From Eledone cirrhosa (taxonomy: Eukaryota), in assembly GCA_964016885.1 (NCBI GenBank), contig OZ024747.1:73470001-73534000 (forward strand): a stretch of DNA of 64,000 nt. The letters run 5' to 3'. Below, piece after piece: positions 27,716-39,560 of this stretch (position 1 is its first letter; the number at the start of each line of letters is the position of its first letter). A model generated the notes under the pieces. That model saw nothing but the letters and a program-made list of their open reading frames with translations, did not search any database and was not told the DNA's origin. A program made the position numbers and the translations under genes.

Positions 27716-27751
27716 TATAATATATATATAATATATATATATATATTTATA

Positions 27752-27798
<47 letters not shown>

Positions 27799-27997
27799 TT
27801 ATAATTTATATACATATACATATATATGAATATATATATATAATTAAATAAGGATTAATTACAAATCTATAGTGATCATCATAAATGGAAATGGATGAGG
27901 AAAAATATGTATAAATGTGTAAAAAAATTGAATAATAATATTAATAATAATAAATGAATTCAAATAATAGAGAAATAACATTGATATAAACAATAAT

Positions 27998-28179
27998 TGT
28001 TTCTACTTTTGGCACAAGGCTGGCAAATAGCCAGTACATTACTGGTACTTTATTGTATTTACTCCGTAAGGATGAAAGGCAAATGAACCTCGGCGGGATT
28101 TGAACTCAGACCGTAAATGGACGTAACTATGCTGGAAAGCATGGCGTCCGACTGTCTACCGATACTGCCAACCCACCGG
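27998..28179 (-). mobile_element. tRNA-SINE copy with a 17-bp TSD
   Basis: Family match. TSD ttgatataaacaataat at 27981-27997 and 28180-28196. Confidence 0.9.
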
Positions 28180-28283
28180 TTGATATAAACAATAATAAGA
28201 AATAGGGAGAAGTGAAAGAAAACAATAAACAAATGTAAAAAATATGAGATGTGGAGGAGAGGTGAGGACAAGGGCGTGGTGCT

Positions 28284-28483
28284 NNNNNNNNNNNNNNNNN
28301 NNNNNNNNNNNNNNNNNNNNNNNNNNNNNNNNNNNNNNNNNNNNNNNNNNNNNNNNNNNNNNNNNNNNNNNNNNNNNNNNNNNNNNNNNNNNNNNNNNNN
28401 NNNNNNNNNNNNNNNNNNNNNNNNNNNNNNNNNNNNNNNNNNNNNNNNNNNNNNNNNNNNNNNNNNNNNNNNNNNNNNNNNNN
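28284..28483. other. Assembly gap (200 N)
   Basis: Run of n characters. Confidence 0.99.
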
Positions 28484-28635
28484 AGACTGAGAGAGGGAGA
28501 GAGAGGGAGGGAGAGGGAGAGAGAAAGAGCGGGAGATTGATAAGTAGAGTGAGATAGAGAGAAGAGAGATAGAGATAGAGAGAGAGTGAGAGAGTGATAG
28601 GTAGAATGAGATAGAGAGAAAATAAATAGATAGAT

Positions 28636-28684
<49 letters not shown>

Positions 28685-28855
28685 GAGAGAGAAGAGTGCG
28701 ACTGAGAGAAGATATAATGAGAGGGAGAAAAGAAATTAAGGGAGATTTAAAGATAGTAAGGTAAAGAATAAAAATTACTTAGAAAAAATGCATGTGGTTA
28801 GGAAGTTCTTTTTTTAATATCCCTCTCCCCTCCCCTCTCCCCTCCCCTCTCCCCC

Positions 28856-28965
<110 letters not shown>

Positions 28966-29006
28966 AAAATACAAATATTAATAAAATAGATGTTCTTTTG
29001 ATCAAT

Positions 29007-29077
<71 letters not shown>

Positions 29078-29367
29078 TATATATACATATATATATAGTT
29101 AAATAGGTCTGTACTATATATAGAGACTCTCCTTTCCTTTACCTTTTCTATGGAAATACTCAATATATATATATATATATATATAAATGGAAAAAAATGA
29201 AACGAAATTTCATTTCCCACTCTTAGTACAGCTGTTACTTAAACATAAGTATGTATACGTACATACATATATGTATACAGACGATATGCAAATTGGGCTA
29301 CTCAGCCGTTAATATGCATAAGGAAAGTATATACTTTCGGACGTTCAATCATCTGGCAGGAAGGTAT

Positions 29368-29410
29368 ACGTTGCGGACGATAGCTAATAAGCTTGAAACT
29401 AGTCCAGCGT
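29368..29410 (+). ncRNA. Hammerhead ribozyme copy with a core mutation (CGGACGA)
   Basis: ACGTTG-CGGACGA-TAGCT aata AGCTT-GAAA-CTAG-TC-CAGCGT. Confidence 0.65.
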
Positions 29411-29770
29411 TCCTTTGTCAGTGTTGAACAAACGAGCAATACGGGATGTTTGTTTACAAACACGCCGAGCATTATAATAAATGTTCGGTGAATCCATACG
29501 TACATATATATATATGTGTGCATGCATGTATATATATATACATACTACTGTACGTCTGTATACATATATCTATGTACGTATACATACTTATATTTAAGTA
29601 ACAGCTGTACTAAGAGTGGGAAATGAAATTTCGTTTCATATTTTCCGTTTATCGTTTTCGGTGCACCCGGCCGATTAACCCACTCGATATGCAAATTGGG
29701 CTACTCAGCCGTTAATATGCATAAGGAAAGTATATACTTTCGGACGTTCAATCATCTGGCAGGTAGGTAT

Positions 29771-29813
29771 ACGTTGCTGACGATAGCTAATAAGCTTGAA
29801 ACTAGTACAGCGT
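29771..29813 (+). ncRNA. Minimal type-I hammerhead ribozyme
   Basis: ACGTTG-CTGACGA-TAGCT aata AGCTT-GAAA-CTAG-TA-CAGCGT. Stem I is 6 bp, stem III is the palindrome CTAG, and the site is GUA. Confidence 0.82.
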
Positions 29814-30044
29814 TCCTTTGTCAGTGTTGAACAAACGAGCAACTGTGGTTGCTAGACACTACGGCTTAATACGGGATGTTTTTTTACAAACACACCAAGC
29901 ATTATAATAAATGTTTGGTGAATCCATACGTACATATATTATATATATGTGTGCATGTATGTATATATATATATATATACATACTACTGTATGTCTGTAT
30001 ATATATATGTATGTACGTATACATACATATATACATATATATAT

Positions 30045-30432
30045 ATATAAAATAAAATATAATAAATAAGCCAAATGTTTAAAATTTGGCTTCGTTTATT
30101 ACTGCTATATATACTTTGGTGACAGCCATCTTTGGCTGTGACCTCTTCAGGCAGTCCTAATTAGTGTGGTAGAGACGAGTACACATGTTGTTGAGGTGTT
30201 TAATTCTGTCAATACTCTGATATGCCCAGTGAAATAACAACCCAACCAGGAACTGGACATATCGGAGTATTGACAAAGTTAAACACCTCAACAACATGTG
30301 TACTCGTCTCTACCACACTAATTCGGACTGCCTGAAGAGGTCACAGCCAAAGATGGCTGTCACCGAAATATATATAGCAGTAATAAACGAAGCCGAATTT
30401 TAAACATTTGACTTATATATTTTATTTTATTT
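30045..30432. mobile_element. Fold-back element with ~185-bp arms and a hammerhead in each arm
   Basis: 30045-30230 and 30252-30432 are near-perfect reverse complements around a ~21-nt loop. It lies between (TA)n tracts. Confidence 0.8.
30327..30381 (+). ncRNA. Type-I hammerhead ribozyme
   Basis: ACTGC-CTGAAGA-GGTCACAGCCA aaga TGGCTGTCACC-GAAA-TATATA-TA-GCAGT. Stem I is a perfect 5 bp, stem II is long, and stem III is palindromic. The mirror copy at 30101-30155 (-) has a mutated GAAA. Confidence 0.85.
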
Positions 30433-30521
30433 TACATTACTCCGGAGCAACCAAACCAACCTGCACACTTCGTCGAGTGCTCCAATCTGCATACTAGGGT
30501 GTTGGTATACAACCAACATAT

Positions 30522-30571
<50 letters not shown>

Positions 30572-30626
30572 CATGAATGCATATATAGGTAATATAGATG
30601 TGTACGTACGTGTGTTTGTGTGTATC

Positions 30627-30660
<34 letters not shown>

Positions 30661-30689
30661 TTCTCTCTCTCTCTCACTCTCTCTCTCTT

Positions 30690-30732
<43 letters not shown>

Positions 30733-31149
30733 GTATGTTTAAAATATATTGAAAAATTACATTTTATATGTGGGTGTATTTAGGAAGGCAAGTGTTGTTC
30801 AGGTCATTGGTACTTATAATCTCGAAAAACTGTATTTGTTAAATACTTGTGAAGTTATCAATATGATGTGTCTGATATAGGTTTACTGAATTTTCTAGTT
30901 GCATCATTTTTAGGAAACAGCTCATTTGTCAAGTAAGATTTCTCTTTCTATGTCTGGTACAATAATTGTTTCACAATAGTCCGCTGTGTAGTTTTATATG
31001 ACAAATGGCTGTCTGTTGTGTTCAGCCTGTTGTGAAATTACCACTTAACTGAGAAATAATGTTGCATGGTATGAAAGATAACTCTTTGTCATATTTCAAA
31101 CACTACATCTCCAATAAATACTTAGTTATGAGAATTTTCTTAAGGAATT

Positions 31150-32000
31150 TGAAAAGCTTTCTTCCCGAAATTAGTTTATTGAAATTCAAGATGTATGTGT
31201 ATAGTGTAAAGTTTTGGATATGTATTGCCTGACTTCATATAAATCTCGAACAACTTTACTAATTCGTGTATACGTGGCAATAACTCATTGGTTACTAAGT
31301 GTGTTTTATGACTACAGACTCGAATATAAGAGGAAGATTAAATGAGATTCATGCAGGATTCAAAATAATTCAATACATGTTAACGAAAGAAATGATCACG
31401 TATGTAATTTTTCCCAAAGAGAGATTCTGTCTTAAAGGTCAGCACATGAAATCATTTTACGAATGTTAATAATTTGTATCTTTAAAACGACCAAAATTGT
31501 GGATTCCTGTACGGTGTATTTGGTACATGGTTTGGGCTGCCTTTTATATTAGGAAATATTTATATTTTAAGCGAAATACTAGTATCTTATTTGAATTAAC
31601 AAAATCAAGTTTTGCGGATTTCTAGAAGGTAAAATTTTAAAATATACGAGATTAGTCGTATGAAGGGAAATGGTGTACACAATAGAGAACTGGTTTGAAA
31701 GTGTGTTGCAATGTAGATTCTAAGAACTGGATCAAAAGGTTATGTGTGACCACAAGCAACTCTCATCAACCAAAGCTCATATTCATGTATGTGGTCAACA
31801 AAATTCTATGAGAGATACGTGCTAGAACAGCGTAGTTTGAAACAAGATATAATTAGACAACCATACCGATACCCATTTCAATATTAAAAATGCATTTTAG
31901 GTTCATAAGTAAAACGTGCTAAACCACCATTAATATCTGCTTGTTAATAGATCAACATAACACGTGATATCTTCCCCAAATATTTATTTGACGTAAAAAT
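31150..32000 (+). mobile_element. Very decayed pogo/Tigger-like (DDE_1) transposase remnant
   Basis: Frameshifted colinear motifs: FP..ISLLKFKMYV and THWLLSVF (CENP-B HTH-like), WFESVL, KVMCD..SNSH resembling KVLIxDNLSSH, and QPY/DTHFNIK resembling QPLDxxFxxxK. Confidence 0.4.
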
Positions 32001-32954
32001 GAAGGATACTATAGGAAAATAAGTCACTACACACATGAATAATTGCTAAACACTTACAGAAACTTAAAGGCAAATAACTACTAAGATTGCTTCAAACAGA
32101 AATGGCATGCTCTACATCAGGAAGTCTACATTCTAACGCATAGAACTTGAACTAAAAATGAAATGATCTACCAATCATGATTTCGTACTACACCAATTCA
32201 AATAATTTTATAACTGTTTCAAAGTTATTCTTGTTTTGATGGGCCACAAGACAATGTCTGTATTAAGGAAAATAAGATTACGTGACTGCAATGACTTCAC
32301 TGAAGAGTGATAATAGAATTCATTGGAGATTGTTCTGAGAAAAAAACAGAAAATATCTGAAATATTTACCTCTTGCGCTTTGGTTCTCGCGACATTTTCC
32401 CTAGACAATCGCAATTACATAGGAATCTATCTATCGTTACTAATATTGAATTTGTAGCAATTCAATATTTCCTTTCTCATCTATTTATCTCCCTTGATAC
32501 ATATATCTATATAATCGTTTCGGTCTGTCATTATCTTTTTTCTTCTGTGATTACCTATCCAATATTCATTATATTTGCAAAGATTTTTTCACATGGAACG
32601 TTTCTTTGTTTCATTAATTTTCTTATTATTTCTTTAATTTTATTGTTATATTTCAATACAAGGGAAACACAACACCTTCAGGCGTGTATCAATATTAACC
32701 ATTTATGTTGATGAATAACGACACAAATATCTGTAAGAATAAATGTAAATAAACCGGTGATAAACATACACATAGTTACGTATATACATATATACATACA
32801 TTATGATCTGTACATTAATATGTATATTAGATTTTCATAACATCAACTAGAAGAAGGTAATTTCAAGATATTTGGTGATGTGATAAAAACCCATCATATA
32901 TTATATTAGTTGAGTCCCCATTGTAGAAACAAGACAGTCGATGAAAGCAATAAT

Positions 32955-33036
<82 letters not shown>

Positions 33037-33337
33037 CACATATATATATATAAATAAATTATACCTTCACAAAGAAAGAGAAAAGAGGGAATCAGTGCAG
33101 TAGAGTGGCGATGTATATTAGTTTAACACTTGATATAGTAGGAAATAAACTTAAGATTCTGAACGTGATACCTATATCGGAAGATAGAGAGGGAATAGAA
33201 GAGAAAGATAGCTGCGGGCAAGAAAAGAAAGGAAATCTGAAAATAACTTTCTCAAGAGGAAAATACCAGTATTGTGAAAACTTACCAGTGACAGGCTGAC
33301 GATAGGAACATACAGCGAGATATTTGATTTATGTGGC

Positions 33338-33440
<103 letters not shown>

Positions 33441-33519
33441 CATATATATATAAGTATGTATCACCGTACTATGAGTGATAAATGAAATTTCTTTTTTTCC
33501 ATTTATATATATATATATA

Positions 33520-34422
33520 CGAGGTGGGTCAGAAAAGTTCCAGGACTGATGTCACAGAAGATTTATTTCAAACCCAAACTTCACACGAAGAGTTTTCTCC
33601 TTCGAAGTAATCCCTTTGGAGTATGTAACTGTAATCTTAGCTCTCTGCAGCGATCAAACCTTTTTCTTCATAATTTTTATATACATGTCTTCTGTTTCAG
33701 ATCGTCAAGCAATGAGCACAGAGCAACGAACAAACTTGAAGTTTCTGGTACGGTTGGGGAAAGCTCCGCTGCAGCAAGTGTATGGAGATGAGACGATGTC
33801 ACGCTCACGTGTTTTTGAGTGGTGCAAGAGGTTTAAAGAAGGACGCGAGGACGTGGAAGATGACCCCAGGAGCGGAAGGCTTTCAACAACCAGGACTGAG
33901 GTCAACGTTGAGTGCGTCTGGCAGATGGTGCGTAGCGATCGTCGGCTGACTGTTCGACTGAAGGCAAATGAGCTGGGCATGAATCGGGACAGTGTCTGGA
34001 AGATTCTCATTGAAGATTTGGACATGAGGAAAGTCTGCGCGAAGATGGTGCCAAAACTGCTGAACGATGACCAGAGGGTCGACGCATGCAAGTGGGCTAG
34101 GACATCCTCGAGCGTCTTAAAACTGAACCAGACTTGCTAGGGACAGTCATCACCGGTGATGAGTCATGGATCTTCGAGTACGGCGACCGACCCGGAGGGG
34201 ACCGTTTTGAAGACGTGGACGACATCAAAAAGCCGTGACGACGGAACTGCGGAGGATCCCGGAAGAATCCTTCTAGGAGTGCATGCAAGCGTGCAAAAAA
34301 GGATGGAAAAGTATATTAGACTCCAGGGGGATTACTTTGAAGGAGAAAACTCTTAGTGTGAAGTTTGGGTTTGAAATAAATCTTTTGTGACATCATACCT
34401 GGAACTTTTCTGACACACCTCT
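33520..34422 (+). mobile_element. Non-autonomous mariner (Tc1/mariner) element with ~105-bp TIRs, TA-flanked
   Basis: TIR cgaggtgggtcagaaaagttccagg...aagtaatccctttggagt is mirrored at 34318-34422. Both ends are flanked by TA within (TA)n. Confidence 0.93.
33712..34356 (+). pseudogene. Mariner transposase, frameshifted, with most of the catalytic domain deleted
   Basis: MSTEQRTNLKFLVRLGK...VFEWCKRFKEGREDVEDDPRSGR...KVCAKMVPKLL, then VITGDESWIFEY, then a jump to the C-terminal [19 protein letters not shown]. The second and third catalytic Asp and YSPDL are absent. Confidence 0.9.
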
Positions 34423-34499
34423 TATATACATATATATACACACATATATATATATATATATATACATACATATATATATATATACATATATATACATAC

Positions 34500-34532
<33 letters not shown>

Positions 34533-34553
34533 CATACATATATATATACACAC

Positions 34554-34594
<41 letters not shown>

Positions 34595-34603
34595 AACACA
34601 CTT

Positions 34604-34641
<38 letters not shown>

Positions 34642-34877
34642 GAAAACTAGAAATTGATTGACATATATATATCTAAAATAAACACATGAAACAATCACAG
34701 GGGATAATTTGTAAAGTGTGTAATCACACATAGTTATGTTGGTAACTAATTAAAGTTTAACTAGAGCTTTAAATATTACCTTTTAAAAAATGATTAATCC
34801 TCCTCGTATATATTTCATTAAAGAAATATATTTCACCGTTAATCCGTATATATGTATATATATACATACATATATAT

Positions 34878-35070
34878 ATACACATATATAAACGGAAAAA
34901 ATGAAACGAAATTTCATTTCCCACTCTTAGTACGGCTGTTACTTAAATATAAGTATGTATACGTACATACATATATGTATACAGACGTACAGACTACAGA
35001 TGTGGTGTATATATATATATACATACTACTGTACGTCTGTATACATATATGTATGTAAGTTACATACTTA
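34878..35070. repeat. Dispersed terminal fragment of the 29183 element, with a small internal fold-back
   Basis: aaacggaaaaaatgaaacgaaatttcatttcccactcttagtacggctgttacttaaatataagtatgtatacgtac matches 29185-29283. A degenerate inverted copy lies at 33450-33505. Confidence 0.8.
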
Positions 35071-35156
35071 TATATACATATATATTTTCTTATATATATA
35101 CATATATATATATACATATATATATACATATACATATATATATATAATATATATAT

Positions 35157-35202
<46 letters not shown>

Positions 35203-35218
35203 TAATATATATATATAC

Positions 35219-35272
<54 letters not shown>

Positions 35273-35328
35273 TATATATATACATACATATATATATATA
35301 TGTATACATATATATATATATGTATACA

Positions 35329-35431
<103 letters not shown>

Positions 35432-35442
35432 TATATATATAA

Positions 35443-35477
<35 letters not shown>

Positions 35478-35502
35478 TCATATATATATATATATATATA
35501 TA

Positions 35503-35910
35503 TGGTGGCTGCCAACTCTTTTTCGAGTACGGCCACTACTTTATATCCATGTAGGAGAACCCCTACCGATGCGCTGAACAAGTGTGACTTTTTAGTCCAG
35601 CCAGCGACTTGAAAACTCTGGTACAAACACTACACTTGTGACAATTATTGACAGTGCTGGGCCCATGGTACCATGTGACGACAAGTCCAGAGAGATCTCC
35701 AGATATAAAGCAATGCCTGTGCCGTGAAGCTTTTATAGTGAGCAAAGGCACTGCACAAAGCCAGTCCCACTCTCTTAACCAAGATGATATTTACCAAAAA
35801 GAAGAACAAGTCAACAACATTGGATGCCATCAGGGTTCCAGGTGTTATATCAGAGTTTTCCTTCTCCTAGAATTCTGCCTTGACAAAGGCTAAGGGGTCA
35901 TCTCTGCCGG
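35503..35910 (-). mobile_element. 3' end of an RTE-like LINE inserted in (TA)n
   Basis: Minus-strand ORF ends [25 protein letters not shown], the C2H2-like C-terminal motif of RTE ORFs, followed by a short 3' UTR. Confidence 0.6.
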
Positions 35911-35935
35911 ATACATATATATATATATATATACA

Positions 35936-35995
<60 letters not shown>

Positions 35996-36114
35996 TAACG
36001 AAGGAGGTGTGGTAAGGAACCAGATGGACCATAACGCACCAGAGTACTCAATACTTATGGTAGTAGAGTGGGAAATAGGAAAATGTTCAACCGTCGGGGT
36101 TGAACATTTTCCTA
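35996..36114. repeat. Dispersed repeat fragment ending in a hairpin
   Basis: 35996-36083 is a reverse-complement homolog of 57350-57438. The hairpin is ataggaaaatgttcaacc gtcgg ggttgaacattttcctat. Confidence 0.7.
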
Positions 36115-36371
36115 TATATATATGCATATATATACATACATATATATACACTTACTATATGTTTTTCTTTACACATTTTACGTTTAAAATCACACACATT
36201 TAAATTTACACTTACACTCACATATATAACGATACTATTATATACACTCCACTTTGCGTTCCTACTCGTTACCAAGACTACCTAACGGCTTTTTTGTTTT
36301 CCCTCTTAATTATTTTTTCTGTTCCTTTACTAGACATTATTTCTGTTTCTCCATTGTGATCCGTCTCTATT

Positions 36372-36422
36372 TGTACTTCTGAAGAAGGACTTAAGACTGA
36401 CACGTCGAAACTAATAAGACTT
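36372..36422 (+). ncRNA. Degenerate hammerhead-like motif
   Basis: CTGAAGA (36379) ... GAC..GTC-GAAA-CTAA-TA. The stems are poorly preserved. Confidence 0.4.
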
Positions 36423-36884
36423 ATTGTACCGCTTTTTGTTGTCTCCTTGAACTATATATATATAAACATAGAATAACATATACAAATTGTCCATCGAGTA
36501 GCGTACTAGTAAAGCCATTTAATGCATCTAATCCGTAACTGTTTATATGCTTCTCTAATTTAGATGTGTCTTAGCTTCTCACTCAGATATATAGTATATT
36601 ATTACCGGAAAATAACCTCTGTGATATGTATATATATATGTGTGTTGTGTGTGTGTGTGTAAGAGAGAGAGAGTGTGTGTGTGTATGTGTGTGTGTATGT
36701 CTGTGCATTAGTGTGTGTTTATATGTATTTTGTATATCTAGCGATATACGGTATTTTTAAAGATACCTTATGTCACTAAATGTACAAAATACACACAGCT
36801 ACATGTATACAGCTATGTTAGAGCGAACACCTTAAATACCTACACACTCACACACACACACGCACACACACACATATATATATA

Positions 36885-37503
36885 TCTTTATATATATAAA
36901 AGCGAGGATGTGTGTGTGTCTGTGTACAAATTTGCATGCATAAGGCTTTCACAATTACCAACTGAATTTGACCAGATTTTCTGTGCACGTTGCAGAGGTC
37001 GCTTAGATTGTCACATCACAAACATTTTTCAAATCGACCCACGTTGAGCAATAAAAAATCGATATCAAAATTATCGGTAGAAAAATTGATGTAAGGGAGA
37101 TAACAAACTTTATTGACAATCCTTATAAAAAAGGGAGATAACCAACTTTTCAGAAATTGGTTTACCTCCTAATACATTGGTTCCGAAAGAGGGAACACCT
37201 GTTATTTTGCTGAAAAATATCACTCCTCATAATAAATTAGCAAAACTGCCTGTTTTTTTTTACAGATTTTCAACGTGTATTGTCTTTAGTCATTTGTATA
37301 ACTACACCCTCTTCAGTGTTTTCCTTCATTATCAGCATAGTTTTATGTGTAAAAAGATTGCACTAAATATTCGTTTGCATTAATTATTGACGACTTCTGC
37401 TTATTTTGACAGGTTGGGGACAAATAATGTTCTTCTTTTACTTCCTAGCTGTATATTCTTAGCATAATTTCAAACCCCGAGCAACGCCGGGTAAATCTGC
37501 TAG
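36885..37503 (+). mobile_element. Non-autonomous Helitron with a helicase remnant
   Basis: 5' A|TC, a subterminal hairpin CCCGAGCAACGCCGGG, and 3' CTAG|T. Internal GLPPNTLVPKEGTPVILLKNI resembles the Pif1/RepHel motif GLPPHxLxLKxGxPxMLLRNL. Confidence 0.85.
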
Positions 37504-39409
37504 TATATACTAAAACTACAATGAAGTACCTATAATGCACACGTCATTGTACAGATAAATATATGCCGTGTGATTAATATATACCTGATAACAAGTAGAA
37601 TCGTTTCTGAACCAAGCTGGCCGTATGTCTCTTCGTTGATTTGTTTTTGAAATAAAACGAATTTAATCAAATTACTCATTGAAATTGGATCTACCTAATT
37701 TAAACTAAAAGCCTCCAATTATTGGCCGATATTTTTGTTTCTATTCCTCAGTAAGATAACATTAAATCCTGCACTGAACATTTTCTGGAAAACCATCCTA
37801 ATATCCAAGAAAAATAATTATTTTTGTTTAAGAATCAATTACTTGGCAAATCATTCACATATACGTTTCAAGGAAGGCAGGAAAATATTACTCTACCACG
37901 AATATAATGTGAGGGTAACATAAATTGATTTTGAAGAAAGCTCATGACATTAGAAACTATGAAATTAATGCGACACAATTGAATTCAGAGATAATTTCAA
38001 CAGTACTTAATATAGTCATAAAATATTTTCTAGTTCATTGAAACATTTAAGTACTGATATATAACAGCAGTATTTCTTAAAGCAAGATAATACGTGGCGC
38101 CCCACGTATTTGAAATTTAGGTTTCTGTTCTTATTTGTTTAATAATAAATGACATACACGAATATTTAATTATAAAGCCGGTTGCTTTATTGATAATAGT
38201 AATCTTCTAGTAATAAATATGTCAAACGTTCTGTTTTAATCAGCCAGTTAATGGCGTCTCCTAGATATAGAAATGTCAGCGAAATCCAGCAAACGTAAGT
38301 AATATTTTTTCCCAAACGAAGACAGATCAGTAACAATCAAATTATTCCATAATAAACCCTTATAACAAGACTGAACAGTTTTTATTTAAGGTCTGATATA
38401 AATGGGTGCAGTTCTTCCTTTGAGGACATGTCAATATTGTTTTTTTTTTTATTAACATCGTTGAGCTGGGGTGGTCGGGATTGATCAATTTGAGACGGTT
38501 GCTTCTGACAGGACCCACTGGACTGAGTATTTGAGGATTCTGTCCACACGACCATTCTAGGAATAATATTATTATGTCAAAAGTGATGCAGCCAGGTTTT
38601 ACCAGTCATCTTCTATTAATCCCAGTTTCCTTCTATTCTCATTAACAAGGTTTCCATGCAGACACATCAACGAGCTACTTTTATTCAAATTCATGGTTGG
38701 GGTTTCGCTAAATACTCTTTAATCAAACTTTATTTACAGCAATTATACTTTAAATTAAATTTATGACTAATATTTTGTAATATTATTTTGGGCTGGGTTA
38801 AATAAACAGTAGAACACTCTATCGAGTTCAATTGCACGTGACGAGAGAAGAAGTGTTTCCTTGTCTGGGCGTCGACCATTTTTCCAGCGTAATTTGAACT
38901 TAGAGAGCACGGCAAACCTGAACGATTACCGCAAGTTTTTCTACCCGACATTATATCGATTCTGTCAATTTACCACCCACTTTAACAAGTATGAATTTAC
39001 AAAACATTTAATTACTATTTGGTAATCATTTTGACGCACCCATTATCTCTTAACTTAATAAACTAGTATTTTCTATAGATATTCTGTTGTAACAAAAAAG
39101 TATCATTTTTCAAGGTTAAGATATTTCAAGTTTTTAATTAAATATCATGTCTTAAGTATACATATTTGCCACTAGCACATCGATGCAAGAACACCAAGTA
39201 GCGGAGAGCATATATATTTGAGTTTATCCCAATGATACCAGAAAACACCACCAGCAATATAAACGTGTTATCTAGAAATCCAAGAGAGTTGTAATTTATC
39301 AACTTGCCTTTAACTAATGACAGTTTTCGTTTACTAGTCGTTTATATCTTTATACAAGCTTAGGAAAGTTTCAAAAAAATTGTATATAATATTTTCTACA
39401 GCAATGAAG

Positions 39410-39560
39410 AGGCAGCATAGCAAAATGGTTAAAATATTCACTTCGAAATCAAGAAATCATGGTTCAATCCCATAGAGTGGCATCTTGGAAAAGTATAATT
39501 TTCTAAAGCCTCGAGTCAACCTATGCTTTGTGAGTGAGACTGGGAAGGCAGAAACTGATT
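39410..39560 (+). mobile_element. Decayed tRNA-SINE head and body
   Basis: Box A-like tagcaaaatggttaa and box B ggttcaatccc, followed by a SINE-like body. Confidence 0.5.

Larger units (their letters stand above)
29183..30030 (+). mobile_element. Penelope-like pseudo-LTR structure: inverted segment plus two direct repeats, each with a hammerhead
   Basis: 29183-29283 is inverted at ~29552-29652. 29283-29585 is directly repeated at ~29686-30025. Both repeats contain a hammerhead, and the structure is bounded by (TA)n. Confidence 0.75.
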
